Assembly (NCBI GenBank): GCA_965224245.1
Contig: OZ245046.1
Location: forward strand, 3,456,001-3,520,000
Direction of reading: 5' to 3'
Source of the DNA: Candidatus Eiseniibacteriota bacterium
Lineage (GTDB): Bacteria; Eisenbacteria; RBG-16-71-46; CAZAMP01
DNA: 64,000 bases
Part shown: one piece after another, positions 60,847-64,000 of the stretch
Layout: each line of letters begins with the position of its first letter
Position numbering within the stretch: the stretch's first letter is position 1
Program-made: the position numbers and the translations under genes
The notes under the pieces: model-generated
Seen by the model: the letters and a program-made list of their open reading frames with translations, nothing else
What the model was told of the DNA's origin: nothing
Database searches by the model: none

Positions 60847-61820
60847 CCCGCCATCGCCTTGGCCTTCTCGGTCATCTTCGGCACGATCTCGAACAGATCT
60901 CCGACGATGCCATAGTCGGCCACCTTGAAGATCGGCGCCTCGGGGTCCTTGTTGATCGCGACGATCACCCGCGAGGAGCTCATGCCGGCCAGGTGCTGGA
61001 TCGCGCCGGAGATCCCGCACGCGATGTACAGATCGGGCGAGACCGTGCGACCGGTCTGACCGACCTGATGCGAGTGATCGATCCACCCCGCGTCCACGGC
61101 CGCCCGGGACGCGCCCATCGCGCCGCCGAGTGCATCGGCGAGTGCCTGGATGATCGGGAAGTTCTCCGGCCCCTTCACGCCGCGCCCCCCGCTGACGATC
61201 GTGCGCGCCTCACCGAGATCCACCTTGTCGCCCTCGGCGGTGCGGAACTCGGTGATCGTGGCCCGCCCCGCGAGCTCGGTCGGTGTCACCGCCAGCGTCG
61301 CGACGGCCGCCGCGCCGCTAGCGGGCGCCGGGGTGAACACGTTCGGCCGGATGCCGATCACGTGCGGGCCGTCTCCCTCGAACCGGCAGCTCGCGCGGAC
61401 CTTGCTCGCGTACATCGGCCGGCGGACGCGGGGACGTCCCCCGTCCACGGTGATCTCGATCGCGTCGGAGACGTAGCCGACGCCGAGCATCGCGGCCAGA
61501 CGGGGCGCGGCGTCCTTGCCGAGCGCACTGCCCGCCACCACCACGGCGGCCGGCGAGACGGCGCCGCACGCCTCTCGCAGCGCCTCGGCCACGACGCCGC
61601 CGTGCGGCCGCGCGAACGCGGCGCCGTCGGCCACGTGCACGTGATCGGTCCCGCACTCGGCGAGTGCGCTCGCCGAGGACATGACGTTCTCTCCGATCAG
61701 GACCGCGTGCGACTCGCCGCCGAGCGCGGTCGCCAGGGCCCGGGCGGCGGTGGCCGCCTCGAACGCGGTGCGACGCAGCTCGCCGTCGCGTGCCTCCGCG
61801 AAGAACAGGACGTTGGCCAT
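60843..61820 (-). CDS. etfA: Electron transfer flavoprotein alpha subunit
   Basis: [50 protein letters not shown]. Confidence 0.97.
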   Translation of the reverse strand: MANVLFFAEARDGELRRTAFEAATAARALATALGGESHAVLIGENVMSSASALAECGTDHVHVADGAAFARPHGGVVAEALREACGAVSPAAVVVAGSALGKDAAPRLAAMLGVGYVSDAIEITVDGGRPRVRRPMYASKVRASCRFEGDGPHVIGIRPNVFTPAPASGAAAVATLAVTPTELAGRATITEFRTAEGDKVDLGEARTIVSGGRGVKGPENFPIIQALADALGGAMGASRAAVDAGWIDHSHQVGQTGRTVSPDLYIACGISGAIQHLAGMSSSRVIVAINKDPEAPIFKVADYGIVGDLFEIVPKMTEKAKAMAG

Positions 61821-61833
61821 CGTGCGTCGTCTC

Positions 61834-62625
61834 CTACAGAACCTTCGCGTCGTCGCGAAGAAGCGTCATCAGTTTGTCCACCGCCTCGTCGACGGGCATG
61901 TCGGCGAGGATCGTGCCGCTGGCTCGCTCCGGTGGCGGCGACAGCTCGTCCACGACGAGCGATCGACCGGTCGCACCGACGGTGGCGGGGTCCACACCCA
62001 GGTCGGACAGCGTGAGCGCCTCGATCGGCTTCTTCTTCGCCATCATGATGCCCTTGAGATTGGCGTACCGCGGCTCCTTGCCGCGCGCCTTCTCTGCGCT
62101 GAACACCGCGGGCAGCGAGGCCGTGACCACCTCGATGCCGCCCTCCACGGCCCGCTCGCACCTCGCCGTCGATCCGTCCACGGCGATGGGATAGGTCGCC
62201 CCCACGAACGGGCGCCCCGTCAGTGTCGCCAGCTGGGCGCCGACGGCGTGCAGGTCGTCGTCGGTGGCCTGCTTGCCGAGATACACGACGTCGGGCGATT
62301 CCTTCTCGACCACCGCGGCGAGGATGCGGGCCACGCCGAGGGAGTCGGACGCCTGGGCGGCCGGGTCGTTCACGTGGAGCGCGCGCGCGGCGCCGACCGC
62401 CAGGCACGAGCGGAGCTGAGCCTCGCACTCGGGCCCGCCGATGGTGACGGCGACGACCTCGCCCCCGTGCGCGTCGGTGAGCGTGAGCGCGTCCTCCATC
62501 GCGAACTCGTCGTACGGCGCGATGATGTGCTCGACGCCGGTGAGGTCGGCCGACGTTCCGTCCGCCGCCACCTTGATGCGCGCCGACGTGTCGGGAACGC
62601 GCTTGATGCAAACCAGGATCTTCAC
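61834..62625 (-). CDS. etfB: Electron transfer flavoprotein beta subunit
   Basis: KILVCIKRVPD, PYDEFAMEDAL, GKQATD, EPRYANLKGIMMAKKKP. Confidence 0.97.
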   Translation of the reverse strand: MKILVCIKRVPDTSARIKVAADGTSADLTGVEHIIAPYDEFAMEDALTLTDAHGGEVVAVTIGGPECEAQLRSCLAVGAARALHVNDPAAQASDSLGVARILAAVVEKESPDVVYLGKQATDDDLHAVGAQLATLTGRPFVGATYPIAVDGSTARCERAVEGGIEVVTASLPAVFSAEKARGKEPRYANLKGIMMAKKKPIEALTLSDLGVDPATVGATGRSLVVDELSPPPERASGTILADMPVDEAVDKLMTLLRDDAKVL

Positions 62626-62785
62626 GGGACGTATCCTTCCTTCGCCCGTTCGCCGCCGCTCGCCGGCGCCTCGCCGTTCGCCGCCGGTCGTGCCGCGCGT
62701 CCGGCCGGAGGGGCCGAGACGTCTCGCGGCCACCGAGGCGTGCGAGCTCGAGAGATCGGGTCGGGGTGAGAATTCGAGCCCGACT

Positions 62786-62814
62786 ACGCTAACGGGTCAC
62801 CCCGGTCCGGGCAA
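62786..62814 (-). promoter_or_regulatory. Sigma70-type promoter TTGCCC-N17-TAGCGT upstream of etfB
   Basis: -35 at 62814-62809, 17-bp spacer, -10 at 62791-62786 (same -10 hexamer as the HU promoter). Confidence 0.5.
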
Positions 62815-62837
62815 GGGTTTTGCCGAATGCCGGGCGC

Positions 62838-63713
62838 TCACGGGTCCTCGGGCCGCGTGGACACGTCCACGTGCTCGGCGTCGGAGGGCCAGCTCGGGAC
62901 GAACGCGTCGGCCGGCAGCTCGTCGGGCAGGTCCAGCCGACGAATCTCGATCGCGACGCGTTGATCGCCGCCCGGGTGGCTCACCGCGATGCGCTGGGGG
63001 ATCGTGCGTCCGTCCATCGCGCGGTAGCGCCCGTACGTGACACGCAGCCGCACGCGTCCGTCGACGGTGTGCTCGAGCGTCGACAGCCGCAGCCCGCCGT
63101 CGAACGTGGCGCGCCATCGCCCGTCGCGGCCGGGCACCCGGAAGCCGATCGACACCGAGTCCGCCGACGCGTCCAGGAGCGCGAGGTCGGTGGCGCCTTC
63201 CAGCGGCCCGTGCCCCCCGACGATCAGCAGCCGGTTCAGGTCGCCCGGGCGTGCGGCCAGCCCCAGACGGGCCGCCGCCCCCGCGTCGTCCGCCGGCGCG
63301 GAGTACCAGACTCGCTCCCGGTGGTCGAACAGGTCGAACGAGAAACCGTCCACGACGAGGTCGAACACCTTCTTGAACGCACCGTACGCTCCCACGAGAC
63401 GGAAGCGGTCGGGCTGGGCGATCGCGACCTGTCCGCCCAGCGTGAGGCGCCGGTCGCCGAGGAACCCGCCGGTGAACGTGAGGTCGAGGCGACCGGTCGT
63501 GTAGGACGCCATCGGGTCACCCTCGTCCAGGGCATCGAGGATGCGCTCGAGGTCGGGTGGAGTCCCCGCGTCCCACTGCGGAATCGGCCGCTTCGCACAC
63601 GACGTCGGCAGGAGCAAGGCGGCACACGCGGTCACCACCCCGAGCGCGCGCCACGCCGCCGCGAGCCGGGATCGATCGGAACCCCTCTGCCGGGAACGCG
63701 GTAGCGAGTTCAT
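62838..63713 (-). CDS. Putative lipoprotein, LolB/DUF4292-like
   Basis: Lipobox-like LLLPTS-C; PDRFRL, beta-rich body, YGRY...IPQRIAV...D.FV. Start uncertain. Confidence 0.6.
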   Translation of the reverse strand: MNSLPRSRQRGSDRSRLAAAWRALGVVTACAALLLPTSCAKRPIPQWDAGTPPDLERILDALDEGDPMASYTTGRLDLTFTGGFLGDRRLTLGGQVAIAQPDRFRLVGAYGAFKKVFDLVVDGFSFDLFDHRERVWYSAPADDAGAAARLGLAARPGDLNRLLIVGGHGPLEGATDLALLDASADSVSIGFRVPGRDGRWRATFDGGLRLSTLEHTVDGRVRLRVTYGRYRAMDGRTIPQRIAVSHPGGDQRVAIEIRRLDLPDELPADAFVPSWPSDAEHVDVSTRPEDP

Positions 63714-63777
63714 GCGCGGCATGGTAGAGATCGCGACCACCGCCCACAACCGTCCGGCATCGGGGCTCGGAGGACAG

Positions 63778-64000
63778 GTGCGTCAATCCGATCGATCATC
63801 CCGTCTCGTCCTCTCGTCGTGGATCGGGGCGGTCGTGGTCGCGTTCGCGGGGTGCGCCTGGGTCCGGTCGCCGGCCCCGCTCGCGGTGAACGCCGGAAAC
63901 GCCGCCACCGTGCTCGCCCAGGCGCTGGCGCGCGAGCTCGAGGTGGACCCGTGCACCCGGGTCACCCTGTACCCCGGCGTGGACCGCCCGGCTCTCTGGT
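63778..64000 (+). CDS. Putative lipoprotein (5' part only, runs off the window)
   Basis: GGAGG at 63769-63773, GTG at 63778: MRQSDRSSRLVLSSWIGAVVVAFAG-CAWVRSP...; open to the window end. Confidence 0.55.
   Translation, partial: MRQSDRSSRLVLSSWIGAVVVAFAGCAWVRSPAPLAVNAGNAATVLAQALARELEVDPCTRVTLYPGVDRPALW

Overview
GC-rich (about 70% by eye) bacterial chromosomal window. It is very gene-dense, and almost every gene from 5.4 kb to 63.7 kb lies on the minus strand. Several secreted proteins end in FlgD-Ig/T9SS-type C-terminal sorting domains and there are large acidic lipoproteins, which suggests a diderm FCB-group lineage (Eisenbacteria/Krumholzibacteria/Latescibacteria-like; inference only). Housekeeping and metabolic genes include nifJ (PFOR) plus a DHOD-like gene, mnmA, iscS, a cyclophilin, cobB, ppdK, larB/larC, two ECF-type ATPases, a S41 protease, tmk, rsmI, HU, etfAB and an acyl-CoA thioesterase. 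Accessory content includes secreted peptidase and FG-GAP proteins, a cell-surface cluster (24-37 kb), an SxtJ-SGNH/carbamoyltransferase/SxtK-type glycan-modification operon, and a sigma54 two-component module. The most interesting observations are: (1) an ArsR-type HTH fused to an M29 aminopeptidase fold whose metal ligands all appear substituted, with a perfect palindromic operator just upstream; (2) a ~1 kb non-coding element made of ~300-bp inverted arms built from six copies of a 19-bp motif; (3) a 1142-aa candidate S-layer protein with a near-consensus promoter, a ~340-nt structured leader and its own terminator; (4) a sigma54 promoter in front of an uncharacterised helical-repeat protein and a beta-barrel, next to its likely NtrC-type activator. 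No rRNA, tRNA, CRISPR array or transposase was recognised. All product calls come from motif recognition by eye; no searches were run.
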